A DNA stretch of 64,000 nt from Oopsacas minuta. Its lineage: Eukaryota; Animalia; Porifera. The notes below the pieces were generated by a model. The model was not told the DNA's origin. It saw only the letters and a program-made list of their open reading frames with translations, and ran no database searches. The stretch lies in assembly GCA_024704765.1 (NCBI GenBank), contig JAKMXF010000061.1, positions 1 to 64,000 on the forward strand. Reading direction: 5' to 3'. Shown piece by piece: positions 12,393 through 23,460 of the stretch. Positions within the stretch are counted from its first letter, which is position 1. Each line of letters begins with the position of its first letter. Position numbers and translations under genes: made by a program.

Positions 12393-14500
12393 CAGCTCCA
12401 CGCCTAACATCATCTACATCAGGATCAAGAGCTAAGAAGGTGCAGGCAGCTAATGAGGCTGCAGACAAGATCCAAGATTTCGACCACTTCTCCGTCAAAA
12501 TATGTTCCTATTTTCTTGGCTTTATCGTCATAAAAGACCAGAAAAACCCATACCTATCAAGAACTTGCGCTACTGTACAAACTGTCAAGCAGTTCTTTCA
12601 TTTTCAACAAGTCAGTTCACCATTTGGATTCCTATTCTTGAATAGAGTTGACAAAGATGGTTTTGAGGTGTCCGAGCGACTATTTCCTTTGCAGAAGAAC
12701 AGCTAACTTTCGAATTGGTCCCAGATTGGATACATAACTGACCAGGTAAACGCCTATGAGTACACAAGCCAAGAAATTCTTGAGCACGCAATAAGTCAGC
12801 TCTGCAAGATGACTGAGGCGCACGAGCTTGCTCATTTCACCTTCCTTCTGTCGCAGTTGTGCCTTATATTCAAACCTCCTGATGGACGCCGATTTGACAC
12901 TGATCCTATGATTTTCGCAGTGCAGCTTCACAAAATATCACCCAGTGCATACAAAATGATTCGCCGATCCGACTTAATCATTCTGCCATTCTGCCATCAA
13001 CAGAAAGGGTAAAACAGATGCTTGCTAGGAGTCTGCAGGACTCCCACCTCAAAATCTTTTTCGACCAGCTTAAGCCACAGCAGAGTTGATAAATTTAATG
13101 TTTGGCCAGGTAGAGCGGGTCATTGCGACATTCTGGAGGGCATGTTCTAGGATACTCGCAAAATACTGTAGCGGGTGGTGACCATGAAATGCATTGCTTC
13201 ACATGTTATGGTCGTTGAGGTTGCCTGCCATTTTGGTGGTCCACGCTATATTCTACGCCTTTTGCCTTGCAAAAAATACGGATCAGCTGAAAGAACTCCT
13301 TATCGAAGCTGGTTCAGCTGTAGTTGGTGCTGGCGGAACTGTGATTTCTTTGATATGCGATAATTGCAATACCAACCGCAGTGTTTATTCAAAACCTAGA
13401 GGATCTGGAAGTTGTCAAGTGCTATCGACTCAAGAACAATCTATTTTCTTAGTTCACGACTACTTGCACATCTTCAAACATATACGGAACAACTGGATTA
13501 CTGTTGATAGCAAAACACTCATTTGTCGTAGATGGCAATGAGTCAAAAGCTTACTGGAGTGATGTTCAGAAGCTTTATGAGATTGACAGAGCTATTCCTA
13601 TTCGCTTAACCAAGCTGACACACACCGCTGTTTTCCCCAAACCATTTCAACGGCAGAGCGTACCATTGGTATGTTAAGTGTTCAATGCAAGACTGTCGCT
13701 GCCTTGAGGACGTTCAAGGGTTCACTGGACATCAGCGAAGGCACCTTCATTCTCACCCAGGCAAAGTGTGAGTGGTTCAAGATAATGAATGTGAAAGACC
13801 GTTTCTCAGCTCTCTGTCTTCAGGACGAGTCCAGACAGCCTTGGACAGCAGACTGTACAAGTTTAACTAGGCTGGAGGAGTCCTGCCAAATTATATCTAC
13901 CTGTGCATGGCTAAGAGGTTGTGGTCGTAAGCTGAAGCTAACTAAGCAAACTGCTGAAGCCTTCACTGTGTCCACACGTAATAATGTGGATGCTGCCAAA
14001 TTGCTTCTGGCGGACAGAGACTTTGACTACGTTCTTCCTGCTATATTCGCGGACGAAGCCTTGGAAAAGTTTTCGGCCAAGCCAGGCAAAGAAGAGGTGG
14101 AAACTTTTACATTGACGATATCCTCTGCATAAAGTTGTTTATTTGGCCGGGTACCTTGTTTATAAATATGGTGATACCATTAGTATGGAGGAGATCATTG
14201 GTGATGAAGATGGTAACGAGGTGTCTTCTGAGTTCCTAGATAATTTGAATAGAAGTGGATTGTGTGTGCCGACTATGTCAACCGTCTTTTTTGTACCCAA
14301 TGTCTATAATTTGCATGACCAGACTAAATTGCGTTGCAGCTTTCATTTTTGCTGAGCTATTATCTTTTGCAGATGCACCTTTAGCAGATAATAAGGCTGC
14401 ATGTACTACTTTAGCTAATATTCTATTGAAAGCTCATGTGCTCAATGTAAGTGATAAAGAAAAGTCTGGGATGCCTCAGGAGGCAAGACAAGCTCTCTAA
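12393..14500 (+). pseudogene. THAP/P-element-like transposase, central and C-terminal part (continuation of 17264-17544)
   Basis: AVQLHKISPSAYKMIRRS..ILP, LICDNCNTNR, VHDYLHIFKHIRNNW (DxxH), RQSVPL, WFKIMNVKD, FADEALEKF. Many frameshifts and stops. Confidence 0.85.
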
Positions 14501-14564
14501 CTAACGATAGGTATAGGCAATGTTGTAATAGACATAGTGTTGTGACATGCAAATATTGTACATA

Positions 14565-14704
14565 CAGTAGAACTCGGATAAGACGTACCTCTCCGGGAAG
14601 TCTAAAATAGTACGTACTATCCCAGTTTACGTACTAACCGAGTTGTATTACATAGAATCATAGGTAATGATGAATTTTGGTTCATAAAATTTGGTACGTA
14701 CTAA
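14565..14704 (+). mobile_element. pogo/Tigger-type terminus running into the assembly gap
   Basis: TA followed by CAGTAGAACTCGGATAAGACGTAC with internal tacgtac repeats. Other end not seen. Confidence 0.4.
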
Positions 14705-15133
14705 NNNNNNNNNNNNNNNNNNNNNNNNNNNNNNNNNNNNNNNNNNNNNNNNNNNNNNNNNNNNNNNNNNNNNNNNNNNNNNNNNNNNNNNNNNNNNNNN
14801 NNNNNNNNNNNNNNNNNNNNNNNNNNNNNNNNNNNNNNNNNNNNNNNNNNNNNNNNNNNNNNNNNNNNNNNNNNNNNNNNNNNNNNNNNNNNNNNNNNNN
14901 NNNNNNNNNNNNNNNNNNNNNNNNNNNNNNNNNNNNNNNNNNNNNNNNNNNNNNNNNNNNNNNNNNNNNNNNNNNNNNNNNNNNNNNNNNNNNNNNNNNN
15001 NNNNNNNNNNNNNNNNNNNNNNNNNNNNNNNNNNNNNNNNNNNNNNNNNNNNNNNNNNNNNNNNNNNNNNNNNNNNNNNNNNNNNNNNNNNNNNNNNNNN
15101 NNNNNNNNNNNNNNNNNNNNNNNNNNNNNNNNN
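14705..15133. other. Assembly gap (429 N)
   Basis: Run of N. The poly-X ORFs in the track are artefacts of it. Confidence 1.
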
Positions 15134-15638
15134 GAAATTTAACTTACATAAATGTCCATGGGTAACAAATATAGACAAAATTTCAGATTTGAATTCTCAC
15201 TTTCAGGTCGTATTTTTAATAGATAAGCGACCCTACTAGTCATGACAAAAATCAATAGGTAAAGGTTACAAATATTTAAGAAAATGATATTTTTATAAAC
15301 TTCCAAGACTCCTCTACCGAATGATATTAATTTCGGGTAAATCTGATGAGTACAAGTAGAACAAATTAGTGATTGAAATGATCCTGGTCGAATATCCTGC
15401 AAATTCACAGTCTAATATAGATGAGTTAAAATCTCATGGTGAAAGGCTGTCCCTGGTCCAATTATACTAATGAGTTCGAATCTCACGTAACAGGACTATT
15501 AGTGTAATGCTAATCAGATTTAATTGTTCGGACTTCCCCACGATTTCACTCCTATGAACCTTACACTTTTGCAGCCATAATAAAATTCTTAAACACTAAT
15601 TTATCTTTCACCTATTCTTTAATTTTAGCCCATTTGAA

Positions 15639-16076
15639 ATGCCACGTGTGATTCCTAATCAGAAGGAACGATTTGACAAAGATGAATTATTCAAAAAGTT
15701 GACCCAAGATTGTGAAGTGAAATACTCTGCATTTCGTGATTTGCAACATGAAGAGCGTAAGAAGAAATTTCTCGAATCAATCAAAGAAGGTTACTCCACT
15801 ATTTCTTTCGTGAATACTGGCAGCAATCTTTCTCTTCAATTTTGCCGTAATGCTTGGTCAGATATTCGTGAAGACCGCTTGCCGACTCCTGATTTTGTGG
15901 ACTTCTCTAGAGAGGAGGGTAGGGTAAATTTGGAAGCCTTTTTAATATTCAATGGAGTTTGTGTTAACTGGGTTGGGTGGATTGATCTCGAATCTTTATC
16001 AGGTAAGGCAAAATTTGTTTTCAACTTTGAACGAGCTCAACTTGAAGAGAAATTGAGAAAAGATGCTATGGAACAG
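15639..16076 (+). CDS. CBFB: Core-binding factor beta (Runx partner), exon 1, 146 codons; unspliced read-through stops at 16100
   Basis: MPRVIPNQKERFDKDELFKKLTQDCEVKY...TGSNLSLQF...FNGVCVNWVGWIDL...FERAQ matches the CBFB/Brother family end to end. Donor CAG|GTAATA at 16077, phase 0. Confidence 0.97.
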
Positions 16077-17263
16077 GTAATAATCCCTTTAAGTGAATAA
16101 CACTGACAATTTTCGTTATATTTCAACTAGAAAGAATTGGTGGAAAGCTGGTTATTACCTCATTCGAAGCTCATTTTTAGCAGATTTTCATACGTTATCC
16201 AATAATGCATGAGTGCGTTTTGGGTAAATGTTTAGAGCACTTTACATTTCCACTTATCTAGTGAATCGCTACTAACCATTTCAAATCCACTCCAATAGAC
16301 TAAATATCATCCTATTGGATCTCATCGTTAGTTTGCCACCACTTTGATATGTCAGTAATCAAACTATTTGCCCTTTGCATCGCGGAATGAGTTAAGAATG
16401 TTCTGGCATTCAATTGTCGGAATGTGTCTAACTCTATCGTGTGACCTATTTTTCGTCCCTGCTAAGGCTAGGTGACAGTTTTACAAGATAGTCATTCCTT
16501 AATTATACCTCTCGGGTTAAAGCTTATTTAGTGGGATAAACTTTTTTAAATTTTGTATATTCCGCATAGATCGTAACTATAGTCATTTCATTATCTTGAT
16601 CGATTGATTTCTTCTATCAATTCTATTTGTCTAGAAATTTGTTATTCTGATAATATATGATTGGTGCATTTGACTCCGAATAATGTGTATTATTGCTGAA
16701 TATGAATTAATAGGCTCTGTTTACGAACTCTTTCTAGGCGATTATGAAGTTATTTGAATGGTTGGATTTGAACATCTTCAAAATCTCTCCCTTCAGCGGT
16801 CTATTCCGTCCATAGACTCCTTTAGAGAAGGACTAGAACGTCGCGATCTCAGGGTTTTAACTTGAGTCTGAGAAGCTCCAATTTTAATATTGAAAAAGCA
16901 TTAGAACTTATATTTACCTGTGGTTGGGGGCCAGACACCACCAGGAAGCTTAAAATGAGAGTATTGGCCACATTTCCCTTTGACCTTATGCAGATATGAA
17001 CTTCCTGTTTTCAACCATATTTCCTTATATCTTCCTTCTGTTTTGGGATATGTGCATATTTTGTGCAGTGGTTGCGTGTTAATAATTTATTTTTTGTTGC
17101 AAATATGTCTTCATGTTTATTGATATTGATTATGCATGATAACGTGTCATATGTCCAGACTTTTGAACATATTTTACTGGATTGATACTCTGATATTTTG
17201 ATTGAACCTTTCTAGCTGGTGATCTAACAGGATCTTTGTTTTGTTTTCCGCTTTTGTGACAAT

Positions 17264-17544
17264 ATGCAACGTCGTTGCAGCTGTTTTGGTTGTAGTGTAA
17301 ACTATGATGGGACGCCTTAACTAAAGCTCATATCCTTCCCAAAAGATCCTGGGGACAGAAAGAGATGGATATTGGCAATGCCAAATGAAAAATAAAGCTT
17401 GAGGCGCTTGAAGGAGATATATATATTTGTGAGAGACAGTTCAATTGTGAATGGGTGTCAGTAAAGGGTTGAAAGCGATCCAAAGAACCGCCATCAATAT
17501 TCCTGGAGTACCGAAATCAGTTTTTACGCAGGTAACCTCAGCTC
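17264..17544 (+). pseudogene. THAP domain N-terminus of a P-element-like transposase, interrupted by the RAG1-like element
   Basis: MQRRCSCFGCSVNY...FPKDPGDRKRWILAMP...ICERQF...PPSIF(P)GVPKS with stops and frameshifts. Ends at CAGCTC directly before CACAGTG. Confidence 0.85.
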
Positions 17545-20500
17545 CACAGTGGGCTACTAGGATACATTAGGCCCAAATTCTTACCTTCAATTTATACCAT
17601 TTTGAATTATGAATTAGATTCTAGATATATTCAACAAGCGATATGTAAAGTATCAGATGAAACAGTTAAGTATTCTATTTTTGTGGTCAATCAACTGTAG
17701 GACTTCATTGCTGTATTCTATGTTTATCCAAACATTATATAAATTACAGAAGCAATTTCAGTAATCTTTTGAATTTCTGATGCATACTATTGTTCATTTA
17801 CATGCTTTCCAAGCAAGTGAGTGCGCTGAAATTGAATCTATCATTGAATTTCTTCAGGAGCGAAAAGATTAATCAGATATTACGGATACGATACTGGGAA
17901 AATTTTGTAGAAATTTCTCCCTCCGCCATAAGCCATCCTGTTGGCAGCAAAATTTGTTTGCACTAGTTTCCACACTGAATTTTTAGTATGTATTCTTCTC
18001 AAGTATTATAACCATTATATTCAAAGTACAAATGCCGCTTCATTGCGCAACATATTAAATATTGTCAAATTCCATTCTCACATCTACGTTGCTATGGTAC
18101 AATGTAATGTAATTACATGGTAATTTACACCAATATAACGTATAATTATTTATATTATACTGCATATTACGAGGTAGCACACAAGTTCATTAATTTGATA
18201 ACCTATTAAACCTCTAATTATCAATGTAAAGATGGCTGAAGCAACAATAGTATCTGAAAGCCCGAAAACACGTCTTGACTTGGCTATTATATTAAAGGTT
18301 CACGACTATGATATTAATCAAGCAGCAGATGAAGTGGTGCGTATACTAAATCTCGAAGAGGAAAGAGACATTCAGTATACTCTCTAATGTCTAAAGTATC
18401 AATAAATTTCAAAAAGAGTAAGAAATCTAATGAGAGCTTAGATGGTGAGTGGTGGAGTGCAAGTATTCCATGGATACTTGTTAAACCTAAGAGTACCCAA
18501 TCATCCCTTTCTGTTTCAGACTGTGATGTAGAAAGCGGTGTTATATTGGTTCCAAATGTAGAGAGGAGAAAATCAATTGATGACATTCAAGTTCGTTCAA
18601 AGAAGACAAGGCTTGATCAGACTGGGATACTTACTTCCATCCGTCAGTTAGCACAACTTGAAAATATTTCTGTTATTCCCTACGTTGCTCTCCTCCTGTA
18701 TATTGTAGCTGTAGAACAAATTGGTTTTAAAGGCATCACAAATATCGCTTGGAAAATCTATAACGAAGAATCGATACCAACCCTCAGTAACATAGTTTCA
18801 CCAGAAAAATCAACATTCTTAGCATATCAACTTAAGCTGGGAAAGGAAAATGGAGGGATCTTAAATATTATCTCCAATCAGAAGGCCTCGTTTTGGCAAC
18901 TTGGGAAAAAATTAGTGAGATTAGAAAATCAATTGTTCCAACATTCGACTGGTATCCAAATGTTTTCAATCCTATAGGGGTCTATATATCTTACTCATCA
19001 CATGTAATTTCTCTCTTTGACCGGTTGTTAAAAGAATGTGTGCTAAATTTTCCTGCACCACACTTCTATCCATTAACACTCAAAATCAAGCATGGACTGG
19101 ATGGTTCTGGATCTCATTCCTCTCCTGGGTTATTGTCAGACTTGAATATAGACTGATCAAATTATATTGTCTTCATGGTTTGACCCCTTCAGGTAATAGA
19201 TCGATTCGGGAATGTTCTGTGGGAAAATAGCCATCCTAACTCCTGTTTTTCCAACCAACCAGTAGCACTTATTTGCCAAAAGGAGACTATTGACACTATG
19301 ATAGAATTGAGCAAGTAACTAAACCCTGAAATTGTTTCACTAAATGAGAATGGTTTTGATCACCTAAATGGCTATGTTAAAGTAGAAGTCAAAGCTTCAA
19401 TGTTTGACGGAAAAACGTTAGCAACAATGACAGGTAAAGGAGGAGCGCCATGTATTGCCTGCAAAGCAACCCGAAGTGACATCAATAGTATTACGAAAGT
19501 TGTTTACGGGTTTCCTTTAGATTGTTCTATAGAGGATATCAAAGAGACAATCCGTCAGTTAACCTCTGATGGAGAAGAGCTGATGAGCTACAATACAGAG
19601 CAATGGTGTGGGATTACACACGAACCTGCAAGTGGCATTGATGTATTTCCTGCAGCACCTTTACATTCTTACCTAAGGATTTTAGATTGGTTTTTGAACC
19701 TCATCTACCGAATTGCAGCAGGAAAGTCCAAGTGGACTGAAGATCAAATGGGGCGAGATTATCGAGGTTTAGTATACAAGCGTATCCATGAGCTTACGAA
19801 CTTATTATTCCACCAACCAGGAGGAAGTGAGAACACAAGCACTGGTAACATGACAAAAACATTTTTGTCATATAAAAAATTGTGTTTTAGGATCGCTTTA
19901 TCGTTTGTACCAATGTTTATAGAGATGCTCTGACAGAGATTCACAGGAATCTATCTGCATTGCTCAGAGTTGCTAATAGTTATGAAGTTGTCGATGTAGA
20001 CAGATTTCGTGTATTAAGTCAAGAAACCTACATACTAATCTTACAAACCTTTCCCTGGGTATCTATTAGCAATACACTCCACAAATTCTTGGCTCATGCC
20101 CATCAGTTTATTGAGAGAAATGACAGGGTAGGATTGTGTAGTCTTTCTGAAGGAGGGTTAGAACAAGGACACAAGTTGATCCGAGAGTTCCCAACACATT
20201 TGAGGAGGAATCAGATTTTCTAAGTGGGTTAACTGATGTTGCAATGAGGCTCTATATCTATGGTTGTCCAATTCTGAATGAAAAATTCAGAAGGATCACA
20301 ATTTGTTCCATCTGTGATCAAGTGGGCATCAAAAGAATTGTGTAAAAAACAGGCAAGGTGAAAACGTTACTAATAATATTGATAATGAAGATTCTCTCCC
20401 TCAAAATTCCATAGATGAAATCTTCTTGTATTTAACATTAATTCATCAATAAGATATTCGTATGTTAGTTATTCTTCAGTTACCATTGCCATTATATATT

Positions 20501-20741
20501 CATATTCTATTTCTTCTAATAAAAATTCAGTTTAGTGAATATCTAGATTTCTGTATTTACTGTATATGGTAATTACGATTACGTCATATATGGAAAACCT
20601 GATGTGATACAACAAAATTGAAATCAACAAAAGAACCGCAATAGTCGACTTACTATACAGTAATAATGTATTTTATAAGCCTATCTCTAAATTGAACGCG
20701 TAAAACCCTAATACTAGTAATCGCAATAATAGCCCACTGTG
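17545..20741 (+). mobile_element. Full-length (3197 bp) RAG1-core/Transib-superfamily DNA transposon (T2), single gene, pseudogenised
   Basis: TIRs: left CACAGTGGGCTACTA (17545), right reverse complement CACAGTGGGCTATTA (ends 20741); 14 of 15 identical. Transposase fragments lie in between. Confidence 0.92.
18232..20420 (+). pseudogene. RAG1-like/Transib transposase of T2 (~720 aa if repaired)
   Basis: NBD-like RKSIDDIQVRSKKTRL; GLDGSGSH (Asp 19100, D600-like); MFDGK (Asp 19406, D708-like); CIAC; PLHSYLR; TSTGN; LHKFLAH; SEGGLEQGHKLIR (Glu 20161, E962-like); C-terminal CSICDQVG(H). Several frameshifts. Confidence 0.92.
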
Positions 20742-23018
20742 AACCCAGTTACTTTGAATATTTTCCATACCTGGTTAATAAGATCAAGAAAATCTACTGT
20801 TTGATTGATGTGTTTGGTGTCATTTTCGATTTTCACGCTAATAGGCTGGCAGATGTTGTCTCATGAAAAATCTTCAATGCAAACTGACATTTTGCCGTTC
20901 TAAGCTTGAGGGCCAACAAGCTTTCGCTGTTAATTTTGGTGCTCGTTTCAATAAATTACATCTATCCGATCTAAACAAATATCGTACATCTTGAAATAGA
21001 GCGAAACTAATATCTGGATATACAGATTTAGAGGTCAAATTGGCAGTAGAAATGCTGGCTCTAGGGATGGAGAGGCAAAAATTTTTGTTAGTGTCAATGA
21101 TGTTTTGAATACTTACTAGACATTCGTCGAACTTCGGAAAAATGAAAGTGTTGTCAATATTTTTGAGATTCAACCAATTATTTCGGATGCACTTAATGAT
21201 ATGAACACTATCAAAAAGCAAAATTAAATTTCTATGTGGGTTGCAGGGGTGTTGTACTTTTGGCTCCAGTTTCGAACTAGTTGAAAACAATTTGTATAAA
21301 CGAACGTTCAGTGGATAGTTGTCAGTACAAACAGCTTCTACAAATAGACCGCAAGCTTCGATATCACAGATAGTAGACCTGACAATAGGATACAATGATT
21401 CAGCAGAAGAAGAACCCAAAGGAATCAACCGAACAATGGTAGAAAACTTGGCCGATAGGCTAGAAACCATCATGGAGAAAACTGTGGTATATGGATCATT
21501 AGGATTGTCAATCGACCCAATTACTCTCCCTCCCTTATATGATGCATCACCACGGATATGTACCTCATCCATTTGAAGAATAACATGGCGTTCTAAATTA
21601 TTGAATGTAGTGGCAACTTCCCTGAGAATTTTTGTATAATCACTCTCTAAGCCGATACTATTTTTTACTTTCAACAAATTACGCTCATGAGGAAAAGTTA
21701 AGCAATTAGAGCCCTGAATGAGACGGTAACAAGCTGGGGAAATGCCGTGAATTTTTAAACAAAAGACCAGAGTGATGATGTTATAACGTCGAGCATGTTT
21801 ATCAATGATTAGATATTTCAACTGATCGAGCAAAAAAGTAAGACGCATTCGTAAAGAAGCCTCAGCGATTTCGAAATATAATTTGGAATCAGTGTGCTCT
21901 AATGTATCAATAGCTTGACCAAGACTATGAATAGAGTTCTCCACATGTTGTATCAGAGATGTCGCAGAGGTATTTGTATTAGTACTTGGAGATATTTCAA
22001 TAAATCAACTTCATGTATAATGTTTTCTAATAACCTGATATCATTTATTGAGGAAGACGAGAGCTGAATTTTGTTCTTTTCTTTATAAAAAGACTTACAA
22101 AATAAACTTTCATCGACAATTATACATCGTTCAATAGTGGAAACTTCGTCACAAAATTGAATCTTAAGAAATAGTATGTTAGAAGAATCAGGGCGATGGA
22201 AAAGCCAACCGTTTGGGAGTTCGATCATGTGCAACTCAGATATAATACAACTAAGACTCGAAATCCTGAACTTAGCTTCTGTCTCTTGAAATTCTGTTCG
22301 ACTTTTCTTGTATACATCCTGCATCCTCTTCTCCTCTTTATCGTCTAGAGATAGCCTTTGGGTTTTAGCAACTGCATCTGTGAAATAAGTTGGACAATTT
22401 GGAAAGATACTAGGAACTGCAAATTTCTTAAGAACAACTTTTTTCCTGGGCATCTTGATCATCTCAACTCCGTTATAATATTCAATATTCCTCTCGATAT
22501 CTTCTTCACGGAAATGATGTATACAGACCTATAAAGATAGAAATAATTATACTATATCACAGGCAAATTTCTATAGCAACTTACCAAAAATCGTTTATTC
22601 TCCTCATAGTCTCCTTTCGGTGGAGGGATCGCTCGAAACCACTTTTCACGAGTTTCAACATCAGTAGGAAAGGAAAAAGTAGGCACATATGAATCACCTT
22701 GACTGTGATAATTCGACTTACAACCAGGTACTAGGTATGTCATGTTGAATATGTGATGATGCGTACAAATATTGCAGTAATTGGAAGAAACGAAAATATT
22801 TACAATAATTATTATATATTATCAACATTGAATACAAAATTTATGGGTGGGTAAATATTTTTCATATTAAGACGTTTAAGACACAAAATTTCAAAAGTAA
22901 TCACAAATATTGACGCTAATACATAGTTTGCATGTTGCTACATAAGATGAATTTTAACTCAAGGCTCGAACTTGTTCGTTCCAAGCCCAAAGTACCCCAG
23001 TATGCAATATCAGCCCTG
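20742..23018 (-). mobile_element. THAP/P-element-like transposon, C-terminus cut off by the T2 right end
   Basis: THAP (VPGCKSNY..FSFP...KWFRAIP..VCIHHF..AVPSIFP); ORF 20874-21944 with LQMDEVHI, VCTDNYPLN, LFDSVHIIKCIRNNW, LERQNV; a degenerate reading continues to the junction at 20742. Candidate left terminus CAGGGCTGATATTGCATACTGGGG at 23018 is tentative. Confidence 0.88.
22529..22584 (-). other. 56-nt spliceosomal intron within the THAP domain
   Basis: GTAAGT...ctttatAG, phase 0. Removal gives ENKRFL|VCIHHFREED, restoring the THAP CxxHF motif. Confidence 0.85.
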
Positions 23019-23460
23019 GTTGTCCTCCAGCTTCTTCAATCATTCTGGACATAGAAACATATATGTATATCTATACACATATACACATAAAATAATTGGG
23101 TTCAAGGTAGCAACTGAATAGTTCAATTTTCGATCCAACCGAATATTATCGGTAGTATTCGGTCAAGCAACTATTCATGAATACTGATATTGCGTTTAAT
23201 ATTACAGATATGTGAGTTGTAACTTTCTCATAATCTGTAGTAGTAGAGATCCTGTTATAGAGCCCCATTTGTGGGCTGATTCGATGTACACATAACGTAG
23301 GAAAGGTAAAAACAGGGTGGTTCGCGCGCCATCCTGAAAATCCTACACACCACTTCAGGTGATGCGTGTACCCAAATGAATGCACAATTTATAATGATCG
23401 ATAAGGCTGACACAAACCTGATACGTTAGATCAATTGTTAGTACATCAGTAGTCTATATA

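Noticed and set aside
14648-15239. Poly-X ORFs
   Set aside because: Artefacts of the N gap.
15139-15408. Minus-strand ORF with possible acceptor (ttgcAG) and donor (GTAAGT), divergent from CBFB
   Set aside because: No recognisable homology and an AT-rich interior; could be a real exon but is unsupported without RNA data.
15420-15500. GAGTTCGAATCTC, a tRNA T-loop-like motif
   Set aside because: No cloverleaf or acceptor stem can be built around it.
17552-18231. Possible RAG2-like gene within or beside RAG1-like elements
   Set aside because: No kelch or PHD-like ORF and too little space in T2; none seen near the other copies.
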